A stretch of DNA of 64,000 nt from Candidatus Bathyarchaeota archaeon (lineage in GTDB: Archaea > Thermoproteota > Bathyarchaeia > Bathyarchaeales > Bathycorpusculaceae): NCBI GenBank assembly GCA_963827165.1, contig CAWGZR010000010.1, positions 256,001 through 320,000 on the forward strand, written 5' to 3'. Under the pieces are notes generated by a model. It was not told where the DNA came from. It saw nothing but the letters and a program-made list of their open reading frames with translations, and did not search any database. The position numbers and the translations under genes are program-made. This document shows, one piece after another, positions 1-8,744 of the stretch (the first letter of the stretch is position 1; each line of letters starts with the position of its first letter).

Positions 1-472
1 CGTGTGGCTTGTTCGATGTTCGCGGCGGTTTGGCTTACATCTTCCAAGTTTGCGCCTTCAACAATGATGTCGTCAGGTTCAATTTTGATTTTGGCGTCTC
101 CCAGAATTTTTATTCTGCGTTCTCTTCGTTCGCCGGTGAAGTTTTCGATTAGAATTTCTTTGCCTTGAACTTTCACTGAGATTGGAAAGTGCGAGAAGAC
201 GATTTTGAGCTTGTATGGTAGCCTTTTGTTACGCCTATTATCATGTTGTTGATATGTGAGTATATTGTTCCTACAAGGGCAGCTTCCTTTTTGCGTGGCC
301 ATTTCGCCCAAACGCGAATAGTTTTGCCTTCGCCTTCTATAGCGATTGTAGCAAAGGAGAAGTCACGTGTTAAGGATCCTTTTTCGCCTTTGAAGCTGAT
401 TTTTTTGCCGTCCATTTTGACGTCTACGTTATCGGGAACTTGAATGGTTTTGGATATTTCTGGAAGCCGCAT
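1..472 (-). CDS. rpl6: 50S ribosomal protein uL6 (3' end runs off the window; apparent 1-nt deletion near 217)
   Basis: N-terminal ORF MRLPEISKTIQVPDNV...KGEKGSLTRDF; after GGCTAC a shifted frame continues YKLKIVFSHFPISVKV...ENFTGE...QTAANIEQAT, the uL6 C-terminal half. Confidence 0.95.
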
Positions 473-483
473 AAATTACACCT

Positions 484-866
484 CTAGTAAACGAAGGCTA
501 AAAGCCTTCCTCCAAGATTCTTTTCTTCTGCATCCTTGTGGGCTATTACGCCTTTGGAAGTGGAAACAACCATTATTCCAACATCTCTGGATGGCAAATA
601 CTTCTTTTCCCAATCTTCAAATTCGCCTACTTTGGCGGGGTACGTGGCTTGATTGGTCCACATTTGTTTATTCTGCCAAGTAGTTGAACCTTGAATTTTC
701 CTGAGCGTCCATCGTCTATAAATTCAAATTCGCCTATGTAGCCGTTAAGCTGCATTATGCGGAGGACTCTTCCCAGAAGTTTAGAAGCAGGGCTAATTAT
801 GCATTCGCGCTTGTTCCGCATCTCGTTGTTTATGATGGTTATCAAACCATTGGTTAAAGTATCCAT
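484..866 (-). CDS. rps8: 30S ribosomal protein uS8 (apparent 1-nt deletion near 641)
   Basis: [15 protein letters not shown]...[29 protein letters not shown]; shifted frame continues [21 protein letters not shown]...GGRLLAFVY*; span 383 nt = 384-1. Confidence 0.95.
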
Positions 867-878
867 ACTTTTTAGCTC

Positions 879-1043
879 CTACTCATATTTTTTGAAACCA
901 AGTTTCGGGGCTGCTTCCCTGAAACAGTGCCTACATAAATATAAATTGTACCGTCGAATAACGGGTCCATACGAACCGCATCTAACGCAGGGTCTTGAAC
1001 CTTTGCCGTATTTTCGCACTTTCTTAATTTGCTGCTTTCCCAT
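879..1043 (-). CDS. rps14: 30S ribosomal protein uS14 (zinc-binding), not in ORF track
   Basis: Hand translation [54 protein letters not shown]; lies between rpl5 and rps8. Confidence 0.97.
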   Translation of the reverse strand: MGKQQIKKVRKYGKGSRPCVRCGSYGPVIRRYNLYLCRHCFREAAPKLGFKKYE

Positions 1044-1060
1044 ACATTCATCCTCTGTTC

Positions 1061-1599
1061 CTAAACAATTTCTACTCCTAACGTTTGTCTGATGAAAACG
1101 ACCGATTCCTCAGGTGTCAGCATATGTTTGCGCCGACAGGTTGCTTTTGTTTTCTCCGAATCTTTACCCTTTGACCAGGACGATTAACCGTCACACATAT
1201 GTCCATACCGAAGATTCCAATTTCAGGGTCATATTTCGCGCCTGGGATCTCAATGTGTTCTTTCAGGCCAAAGGCAAAGTTACCTCGCAGGTCGAAGGCT
1301 GTTTTAGCGACCTTATTATCCACGACAGGTAAGACTTTTTTTAGGAAATCAATTGCCTCTTGCTTGCGCAGTGTTACGACGACAGCAATTGATTCGCCCT
1401 CGCGTATGCCAAAGTCCCTAATGGTTTTCTTAGCTTTTTTCTTGACTGGAGTATGGCCAGTGATTTCTTTGAGCACTTTGTTGGCTTTTTCTAGGGGTTC
1501 ACCTGATTTGCCAACGTTAAGGTTAACCACGACTTTTTCGATACGCGGCATAAGCATCGGATGCTGTTCCCAATTTTTAGTTATTGCTTCATCAGACAA
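1061..1599 (-). CDS. rpl5: 50S ribosomal protein uL5 (apparent 1-nt deletion near 1128)
   Basis: PRIEKVVVN...[28 protein letters not shown]; shifted frame ends [21 protein letters not shown]; span 539 nt = 540-1. Confidence 0.95.
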
Positions 1600-2356
1600 C
1601 TGGTGTTTCCTCCACTACTCTAATGAGGGGTTCAGTTTCGCCTATGGAGAAGATAAAGTCTAAGATCGTTTGATATCTAACGCCTTTCGCGTCTTCAATC
1701 ACCACTAGCGCCTGTCGCCTCTTTTTTGCTTCAGTCTTTTCTATTTCAACGATTTTGCCGCTTTTACCGATGTTTTTTCCTCCGGTAATCACAGCCAAGT
1801 TTCCTTCCTTGGTTTTCAACGTGGATGCAACGAGTTTGTCTGCGTAACTGAACTTTAAAATGTCAAATGTTTCGTAAGTGACTTCCACGGGATTTTTGAT
1901 GTCTGCAACCTTCACAAGCATGTTTGACCCATCATGCAACGCGATTTGCACGCCCTTGTTAAGGGTTGTTTTGCCTTCGACGCGCAGCAGTTTGAAATTT
2001 GCTTCTTCTTTGCTGATTGGGTTTAAAACAAGCCCTTTGTGAGATGGCATTACCCGATAGTACTTGTCGGCAGAAGGCATTGAGATAACATCCATCAAAC
2101 CTACTGGGAAATCGTCTTTCCTTCGGATTTTTCCGTCAACCAATACTTTGCCTTCGGAAAGTATCATTTTGGATTCTTTTCGTGTTTGTGCAACGCCTAG
2201 AATGTCCCTTAAGACAAGAGTTAAAGGCAAACATTTCTCAAGTGAATGTGAACCCGATGAGGGCTTCAGTATCCACGGCAATTCTTTCCTATGAATTGGC
2301 CAGAATCTTGGAGCTGGCTTACGTTTCAATCTTGCAGTTTTTCCTTTTTTGCCCAA
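1592..2356 (-). CDS. rps4e: 30S ribosomal protein eS4
   Basis: TTG start giving MGKKGKTARLKRKPAPRFWPIHRK...VDGKIRRKDDFPVGLMDVI; operon position. Confidence 0.96.
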   Translation of the reverse strand: MGKKGKTARLKRKPAPRFWPIHRKELPWILKPSSGSHSLEKCLPLTLVLRDILGVAQTRKESKMILSEGKVLVDGKIRRKDDFPVGLMDVISMPSADKYYRVMPSHKGLVLNPISKEEANFKLLRVEGKTTLNKGVQIALHDGSNMLVKVADIKNPVEVTYETFDILKFSYADKLVASTLKTKEGNLAVITGGKNIGKSGKIVEIEKTEAKKRRQALVVIEDAKGVRYQTILDFIFSIGETEPLIRVVEETPVV

Positions 2357-2357
2357 A

Positions 2358-3204
2358 TTATTGTCCTCCTTCAGTGGCTTTACTCTTAACACGGGGTTTA
2401 TTCGTCGTTTCCTTAGCCGACGCTTTTTTTGCGGGTGCTTCTTTTGGCTTAGCGAGTTTCTTCGCTGCCGCCTTCGCCTGTGCTGCTTTCTTAGCAGGCG
2501 CTTTCTCTTCAACTGCTCGAGCAGATTCTTCCTCTTCAGCTACCAGTTCCTCTGGAACCTCTTTAGCCGCGGTTTTCCTTAGCAGCTTTTGCCTCAGGCT
2601 TTTTTGCTCGTGTTTTCTTTGCCGCCTGAGCTTCTTCGGGTGCTTCCTCAACTTCCGCAATTTTTGCGGCGGGAGCTTCTTCGTTTACAACTTCAGGTGC
2701 AACTTCTTCGACGGGCATTGCTTCTTCAGGTTTTTCTTGTTCAACTTCCCTGACTTCTTCCGCTGGTTTCGTACGAGCTTCTTTGGTTTCCTTTGGTGCG
2801 GCTTTCGGCTTTTCTTCTTTAACAGGCTTTTCTATTGCTTTCTTTCGTGCAAGAATATCTTTGCGCCATTTGTCGTCTAAGTTGAGGTTTCTTATCTGGA
2901 TTTTTGATGGGTGAATCGGAAGGAAAATGTTTGTTCCATCGACTTTTTCTCGTGTTAATCCTTCCATGTAAATGCGATATTCTTTTAGGGCGACGCGTGA
3001 AACTTTACCTTCGAAACCTTTGTTGTCGCCGCGCATGATGCGGACAGTATCGCCTTTTCTGACTGGTAGAGTCTTAACGCCTCTTGAAGAGGCAAGTTCA
3101 CTGGAAAGCGGAGCTGACATAAGCTTGTGGCGAATGTGGGCTGGAGCGTTAAAGAGCCTTTTTCGTTGTTTGCCAGGATTTTTTACACGTTTTGTCTTTT
3201 GCAT
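2358..3204 (-). CDS. rpl24: 50S ribosomal protein uL24 with long E/A/K/P-rich C-terminal tail (apparent 1-nt insertion near 2575)
   Basis: PGKQRKRLFNAPAHIRHKLMSAPLS...VRKGDTVRIMRG; the low-complexity tail continues in a shifted frame to ...KSKATEGGQ*, right before rps4e. Confidence 0.9.
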
Positions 3205-3215
3205 AATCTTGACAC

Positions 3216-3656
3216 CTATACTATGATGCTGGAGGCACTTGCAATTCTTGGCCATCTTTCAGCTGCCTCTCGAGCTACTGGACCTCTTATTTCTGAACCT
3301 TTCATTTCGCCTTCTGGCGTGATGATTACTGCCGCGTTATCTTCAAATTGTATCCAGACACCGTCCACGCGTCTGAAACATTTTCTTTGGCGGACGATTA
3401 CTGCCTGGAAGATCTTTTTACGCATGTCCGGTGACCCTTGCCTGACGGACACTGTGACTTTGTCGCCGACTGTTGCTGATGGGTAACGTCTAAGTCTTCC
3501 TTTGTAACCCATTGCTTGGATTAAGCGTAATACGCGTGCACCTGTGTTGTCGGCGCAACGCAGTTCTGAACCTGAAAGTAGACCTCGACTAATTTTGTTT
3601 CCGTGTGAAAGCATTCCTTTTGCGACAAGGGCTCTCTGTTTCGCTTTCGCCGCCAT
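3216..3656 (-). CDS. rpl14: 50S ribosomal protein uL14
   Basis: CADNTGA...FEDNAAVIITPEGEMKGSEIRGPVAREAAERWPRIAS. Confidence 0.98.
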   Translation of the reverse strand: MAAKAKQRALVAKGMLSHGNKISRGLLSGSELRCADNTGARVLRLIQAMGYKGRLRRYPSATVGDKVTVSVRQGSPDMRKKIFQAVIVRQRKCFRRVDGVWIQFEDNAAVIITPEGEMKGSEIRGPVAREAAERWPRIASASSIIV

Positions 3657-3657
3657 T

Positions 3658-3984
3658 TTACTTTTCCTCTCCTAGTTTTTCAACAACCACAAACGACACC
3701 GTTTTGCTTATTGGCCGGCACTCAGCGATTCTTACCCGATCGCCTTCTTTGACGTCGATACAGGGTGGATTGTGAGATGGGATGTGACCGTGCCTTCGCT
3801 CGTACCTTTGGAATTTAGAAGTGAACTGCAAGAATTCCCTATCCACTATTACTGTTTTATCCATTTTTGCCGTGTCAACTACACCGTCAAGTACACGTCC
3901 TCTTATCGCAAGGGTTCCGTGGAATGGACAGTTTCGGTCGTCACATGTTTTTTTAGGTTGCTTAAAAGACATTGACATTACCAT
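3658..3984 (-). CDS. rps17: 30S ribosomal protein uS17
   Basis: CDDRNCPFHG...KMDKTVIV...AECRPISKTVSFVV. Confidence 0.98.
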   Translation of the reverse strand: MVMSMSFKQPKKTCDDRNCPFHGTLAIRGRVLDGVVDTAKMDKTVIVDREFLQFTSKFQRYERRHGHIPSHNPPCIDVKEGDRVRIAECRPISKTVSFVVVEKLGEEK

Positions 3985-4259
3985 AACCTCTTAATGCTTT
4001 TCTTGAGTCGATCCTCTGTTCTACCAACCAAAAGTTTACCGTCAATCTGCACAACTGTGCCATCGTCAAAATTGAAGTCAAAGATGGCGGATTCCTTGAT
4101 TACGCTTCGGCTCAGACCTTCACCTAGGAAAGTGAAAGTGTTTCTTGTTTCCTCAATTATTTTGCCACCAACGCCAACGTAATCTAGATGTGGACTTTTT
4201 GCGACTTTACCTTTAACACCGATGAATTCGTAGCTGATAATTTCCGGAGTCACTTTCAT
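3978..4259 (-). CDS. rnp1: Ribonuclease P protein component 1 (Rpp29/Pop4)
   Basis: EFIG...GKIIEETRNTF...DGKLLVGRTEDRLKK; canonical position between rpl29 and rps17. Confidence 0.93.
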   Translation of the reverse strand: MKVTPEIISYEFIGVKGKVAKSPHLDYVGVGGKIIEETRNTFTFLGEGLSRSVIKESAIFDFNFDDGTVVQIDGKLLVGRTEDRLKKSIKRLW

Positions 4260-4570
4260 TGAGCCGCAGTCTCCTCAACTTTCTTAGCCTTCGGCTTTTT
4301 CTCAGGTTTTGGGGGCGTCTCAGCTTTCTTCTTGGGCTGTGCCTCTTCTTTCTCAGCGCTCTTGCGGATGCCAAGTTTAACTTCATTTTCAACGGTAAGA
4401 ATTTGAGCGATTGTTTTCCGAATTTCTCTTACTCGTGTTGGATTCTCAACGGCGCCGCCTGCTTTAACCATGGTTCTGATGCGGGCGAGTTCTGCACGTA
4501 AGTCGATAAGTTTCTTGCCTCTATCTTCAGAAGTCATGCCTTGGATTTCTTTTAGTCGAATTATCGCCAT
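4256..4570 (-). CDS. rpl29: 50S ribosomal protein uL29 with K/E-rich tail
   Basis: LRAELARIRT...ENPTRVREIRKTIAQILTVENE. Confidence 0.96.
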   Translation of the reverse strand: MAIIRLKEIQGMTSEDRGKKLIDLRAELARIRTMVKAGGAVENPTRVREIRKTIAQILTVENEVKLGIRKSAEKEEAQPKKKAETPPKPEKKPKAKKVEETAAQ

Positions 4571-5322
4571 TACTCTTTTGCCTCCTCACCTTTCGGTTCA
4601 TCCTGAACCTCTTTTGCCTGGACCGTTGGCTCTTCCGCTGCCTCTGCTTCCTGCTCTGTCTTAACTGCAGTTTGAGTCTCTGCTGGTGGCGCTTGCTCTG
4701 AAATCATTACGGCTTCTTCGGGAGGCGCTGCATCCAAAATCTTAATTCTGTCAGGGAAATATGCGTCTGGAGGCATGATTTTCACTCTGACGCCGATAAT
4801 ACCTGGTTTAAGTTGAACATGAGCTTCAGCTTTTTTCATAGCTACAAGCGCCGGTTCACCGCAACGTGGGAAATAACCAGCACGGAACTTTTCGAAGCGT
4901 GCCCGTTCGGTTGTGAGTTTACCGCTTATGACTATTTCAGCGCCGAGGGCACCTGCCTCCATAACCTGATTGAGCGCCCAAAAACCAGCACGCCTAAAAT
5001 GAACACCACGTTGAAGCGCTGAAGCAACACGTGAGGCAATAACATAGGCGTTAAATTCTGGAACCTCAATTTCAGAAACTGAAATTTGAGGGTTTGTTAC
5101 TTTGAAGTTTTGTTCCAGCGAAGAAGCAAGGTCTTTTATTGTTTCTCCACCTCTGCCGATGACTAAGCCTGGACGCATCGCATAGATAACCACGTGGGTT
5201 CCAAGCGGGGTTTTAGAAATGTTAACTCCACCATATCCGGCTCGGTCAAGTTTTTTCTGTAAAAACTCATCAATTTCTGTTTTCTTGATTGATTCCGTTA
5301 TGAAACGTTTGACAATACTCAT
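4570..5322 (-). CDS. rps3: 30S ribosomal protein uS3
   Basis: KH domain PGLVIGRGGETIK; GAEIVISGKL; GIIGVRVKIM; acidic tail. Confidence 0.98.
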   Translation of the reverse strand: MSIVKRFITESIKKTEIDEFLQKKLDRAGYGGVNISKTPLGTHVVIYAMRPGLVIGRGGETIKDLASSLEQNFKVTNPQISVSEIEVPEFNAYVIASRVASALQRGVHFRRAGFWALNQVMEAGALGAEIVISGKLTTERARFEKFRAGYFPRCGEPALVAMKKAEAHVQLKPGIIGVRVKIMPPDAYFPDRIKILDAAPPEEAVMISEQAPPAETQTAVKTEQEAEAAEEPTVQAKEVQDEPKGEEAKE

Positions 5323-5802
5323 TTACTTTTCTCCTGAGGTCGGTTTTTCATCGAGCACAATTTCGACATGTGTTGTTGTGTCAAATTTCGGCGAAGACGT
5401 TCCTTGTGCTCTCGGCTTAAACCGTTTAAGTTTGATGCCTTGATACGCTGCCGCGTGGATTATGCGTAGGCGGTCAACATCTAAACTTTTGTTTTCAGCG
5501 TTCGCCTGAGCAGACTGCAAAATATTAAGGATTACTCCGCAGGCCTTAATGGGATATCTTCCCGAGAAACTGTTCACTTGTCCATGTCTGTGAGGCAATT
5601 TCTTGTTGTATCGCATATAGGGAATTGATCTCTTTTTAGCTTGAACATCCCGCAAATACTGTTTCGCATCGTTTAGCATCATGCCTTTGATAGCGTGGCA
5701 AACCTCACGCGAGGCTTTATGGGATACTTTAAGTTCTCTGCCGCTTGCTTTCGCTGTTTTTTCTTCATTTAACTCGATTACTGAGTATCCCCATTTTGGC
5801 AT
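5323..5802 (-). CDS. rpl22: 50S ribosomal protein uL22
   Basis: VSHKASREVCHAIKGM...GRYPIKA...PRAQG...HVEIVL. Confidence 0.98.
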   Translation of the reverse strand: MPKWGYSVIELNEEKTAKASGRELKVSHKASREVCHAIKGMMLNDAKQYLRDVQAKKRSIPYMRYNKKLPHRHGQVNSFSGRYPIKACGVILNILQSAQANAENKSLDVDRLRIIHAAAYQGIKLKRFKPRAQGTSSPKFDTTTHVEIVLDEKPTSGEK

Positions 5803-6297
5803 TTTTACAACTCCGATGCGCATTCAAACACGTAAAAGCAATTTATATGGCTTTCCGTATCAAAACAAAAGTTTCGACTGTGTCGACTACTTAAGTTAGC
5901 CCTTGAACGAGGGCAGGTTCGTTCCTGTGAGGTGTACAAAACTGGATTACGTTTTCGCCTTTTATAGTTTACCTAAAAAAATCTATTACTACTATATAGT
6001 CGAGTTTTTAATGCGCCGAGACTTTTGCATACCTTTTTCTCCAGATGAGAAGAGAAGTTGTGGGGGTAATTATTCCAAATCCTCCCGCCTATCGCGCCTT
6101 GCGCTCAGATGTTTTAAGCACTCTCAAAGGGTTCAATACAAGATTCATCGAAGCAATAGGCTGTAACGCCGTTAAAGGATTCAAATCCTATTCTTCGCCG
6201 ATCTTGCTTTGATTTTTGCAAAATGTTCCATACTGCTAAAACGTTTATGTTCACCTTAGGGGTATTTGCTATTGTAACTAACTGGGAGTAAAATTAA

Positions 6298-7365
6298 ATG
6301 GCTAGCAAAGAAGAAAAAATTACCATGCTGCATGGAGCAGGTGGCACAGTCATGCACAACTTGGTCAAGAACTACATTGTGAAATACTTCGGAGGCTTAA
6401 CCAATGATGCTGAAGTCCCGCTAGAAGCCATGGATGATGCGGCGGTAATAGGCGACATCGTTTTTAAAAGCGATTCTCACGCGGTTAAACCTATATTTTT
6501 CCCAGGCGGTGACATCGGGCGTTTATCCGTTTCAGGCACCGTTAACGACATTTCAGCAATGGGTGCGATGCCTTACGCTTTAGCGTGCGGCTTCATTTTG
6601 GAGGAAGGTTTGCCGCTGGCGGACTTGGAGCGGATTCTGGTAAGCATGCGTGACACATGCATTGAAGTTGGCGTCGGCATAGTTACGGGTGATACCAAAG
6701 TCGTAGAAAAGGGCGCGTTAGGCGGCTTAGTCATGAATCTATCAGGCATAGGCAAACGAACCCCGGCCTTAGACAGTAACCTAGGCGTGGCGAACCAATA
6801 TCGCAAAGTTGCCAGCCGTTGGACTCTGGACTCTAACGTTGTGGAAGGCGACAAAATCATCCTCACAGGCACAATCGGAGACCACGGAATAGCAGTGCTT
6901 TCCGCTCAGCAGGGACTCAAGTTCGGCAGCGAAATAAAATCCGACGTAAGACCATTAAATCGCATGCTTCAGCATTTGTTTGGACAAATAGGGGGGGTTA
7001 TTTCAGTAAAAGATCCCACTCGTGGCGGTTTAGCTGACGCGCTTAATGAGTGGGCGGAGAAATCCCACGTGGGAATATTGATCCAGGAAGGGAAGGTTCC
7101 TATCCGCGAGGATGTTCAGGCGGCATGCGACATGCTTGGCTTGGACCCGCTGGAAGTTGGGAACGAGGGTAAATACATAATCGGAGTGGTCAAAGAGAAA
7201 GCGCAGGAAGCCTTAGAGTTTTTGAAGCAGACGGAAGAGGGGAAGAACGCACAAATAATCGGGGAAGCGACAAGCCAATTCAAGGGCGTAGCGATGCAAA
7301 CTGAGGTCGGCGGTAAAAGAATTATCGCAAGACCAATTGGCGACCCTGTGCCAAGAATTTGCTAA
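6298..7365 (+). CDS. hypE: [NiFe]-hydrogenase maturation carbamoyl dehydratase HypE
   Basis: HGAGG, PIFFPGGDIGRLSVSGTVND, DPTRGG, C-terminal PRIC. Confidence 0.97.
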   Translation: MASKEEKITMLHGAGGTVMHNLVKNYIVKYFGGLTNDAEVPLEAMDDAAVIGDIVFKSDSHAVKPIFFPGGDIGRLSVSGTVNDISAMGAMPYALACGFILEEGLPLADLERILVSMRDTCIEVGVGIVTGDTKVVEKGALGGLVMNLSGIGKRTPALDSNLGVANQYRKVASRWTLDSNVVEGDKIILTGTIGDHGIAVLSAQQGLKFGSEIKSDVRPLNRMLQHLFGQIGGVISVKDPTRGGLADALNEWAEKSHVGILIQEGKVPIREDVQAACDMLGLDPLEVGNEGKYIIGVVKEKAQEALEFLKQTEEGKNAQIIGEATSQFKGVAMQTEVGGKRIIARPIGDPVPRIC

Positions 7366-8450
7366 TTTTGGACCGCTACGTTTTTTGCCCAGACTCTGCA
7401 GGTGCCTTCGCTGCTGACCATGCATGCGCCGACGGGTTTCTCGGGCGTGCAGGCTTTCAGAAATAAGGAGCAACCATCAGGTTTGATTCTCCCGATAATG
7501 ACAAGGTGGCATTGGCATCCTGTGATTATATCTTTCCCTGTCTCGACATGAACATCATATTTCTTTCGAGCGTCCAGTTCAGCGAGTGACTCTCGGATTT
7601 CGAGAGCGGAGTTTTCCAAGTTTCCAATGCCGCGCCAGTTGCCGCTTGTAACCTTGAACGCTTCGTTCATAAGTGCTATGGCTTTGGGATTACCTTGTGG
7701 TTTGACCACGCGTGGATATTCATTCTCAAGCCTTGCAGTTCCCTCAGCCTTCTGCTTCACGACCATATAGATAGCCATCAAGACATCAAGGGGTTCGAAG
7801 CCCGCCACAACCGTTGGCATGTGATAGTCTCGAGGGAAAGGCTCATATGGTTTGAGGCCGATGATTGCGCTGACGTGTCCTGGCGCTATAAAACCATTAA
7901 TCTGAAGATCACCTATTCCAAGCAAAAGCTCCATGGCGGGCGGAATCAAACGGTGAGAAACAAGGAAGCTTAGGTTCTTGGGCGGGTTATTAAGCGCTTC
8001 GACCGCAGTTGATGGAGCTGTAGTTTCGAAACCTACAGCGAAAAAAACGAATTGCTTGTTGGGTTCCCGCTCGGCCATTTCAATCGCATCAGAGGCGGCG
8101 TAGACGATTCGGACGTCGGCGCCGACCGCTTTAGCTTCCAAAAGGGACACTTCGCTACCAGGAACCCGCAAAACGTCTCCGAAACATGTGACCACAACCC
8201 CTTTCTTTGCCAGTTGCACCGCTTCATCGATTTCAGCCGCAGGCACAATGCAAACAGGGCATCCGGGACCTGCGATAACTTCGACCCCGTCAGGTAAGAG
8301 GCTGCGCAACCCGAAATGCGTAATTGTCCACTCGTGCGTGCCACAGACATGGCATATTTTGGTTTTTCCAGCTTTAGGCGCCAGGCTTTTAATTTTCGCA
8401 GCAATGCTTTGAGCTAACTGGGGGTTCCGGAACCTTAGGTTTTCAGCCAT
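7362..8450 (-). CDS. hypD: Hydrogenase maturation protein HypD
   Basis: CGTHE, GPGCPVC, GFETT, PGHVS, CMVSSEGTC motifs. Confidence 0.98.
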   Translation of the reverse strand: MAENLRFRNPQLAQSIAAKIKSLAPKAGKTKICHVCGTHEWTITHFGLRSLLPDGVEVIAGPGCPVCIVPAAEIDEAVQLAKKGVVVTCFGDVLRVPGSEVSLLEAKAVGADVRIVYAASDAIEMAEREPNKQFVFFAVGFETTAPSTAVEALNNPPKNLSFLVSHRLIPPAMELLLGIGDLQINGFIAPGHVSAIIGLKPYEPFPRDYHMPTVVAGFEPLDVLMAIYMVVKQKAEGTARLENEYPRVVKPQGNPKAIALMNEAFKVTSGNWRGIGNLENSALEIRESLAELDARKKYDVHVETGKDIITGCQCHLVIIGRIKPDGCSLFLKACTPEKPVGACMVSSEGTCRVWAKNVAVQN

Positions 8451-8474
8451 GCTGACCCTTCAAAATTACCTGTC

Positions 8475-8696
8475 CTATTGGCCTGCTTCAAGGATGCTGT
8501 TCCACAGGCTGATGGTTTCTTTGGCGTCTTCTTCTTCGATTATTTGTATAGCGTAACCTGCGTGGACCAACACGTAGTCACCGACTTTGGCTTCGACGAG
8601 CGACACGTTAACCTCCCTTAGGACGCCTTGGCCAAAATCCACGTTGGCTTTATCGCCTTGAAGGTTCATAACTTTAGCGGGAATGGCTAAACACAT
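8475..8696 (-). CDS. hypC: Hydrogenase chaperone HypC
   Basis: MCLAIPAKV...VGDYVLVHAGYAI. Confidence 0.98.
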   Translation of the reverse strand: MCLAIPAKVMNLQGDKANVDFGQGVLREVNVSLVEAKVGDYVLVHAGYAIQIIEEEDAKETISLWNSILEAGQ

Positions 8697-8744
8697 AACT
8701 ATCAATAAATAAAACGTTTGAAACGGCGATAAAAACAGATTGGT

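Noticed and set aside
200-2600. Programmed frameshifting in ribosomal protein genes
   Set aside because: No common slippery site or structure, mixed indel directions, and clustering at one end of the window; error is more parsimonious
5903-6210. 87-aa ORF and tRNA-like fragments (GGATTCAAATCC) between rpl22 and hypE
   Set aside because: No recognisable protein motif and no cloverleaf could be built
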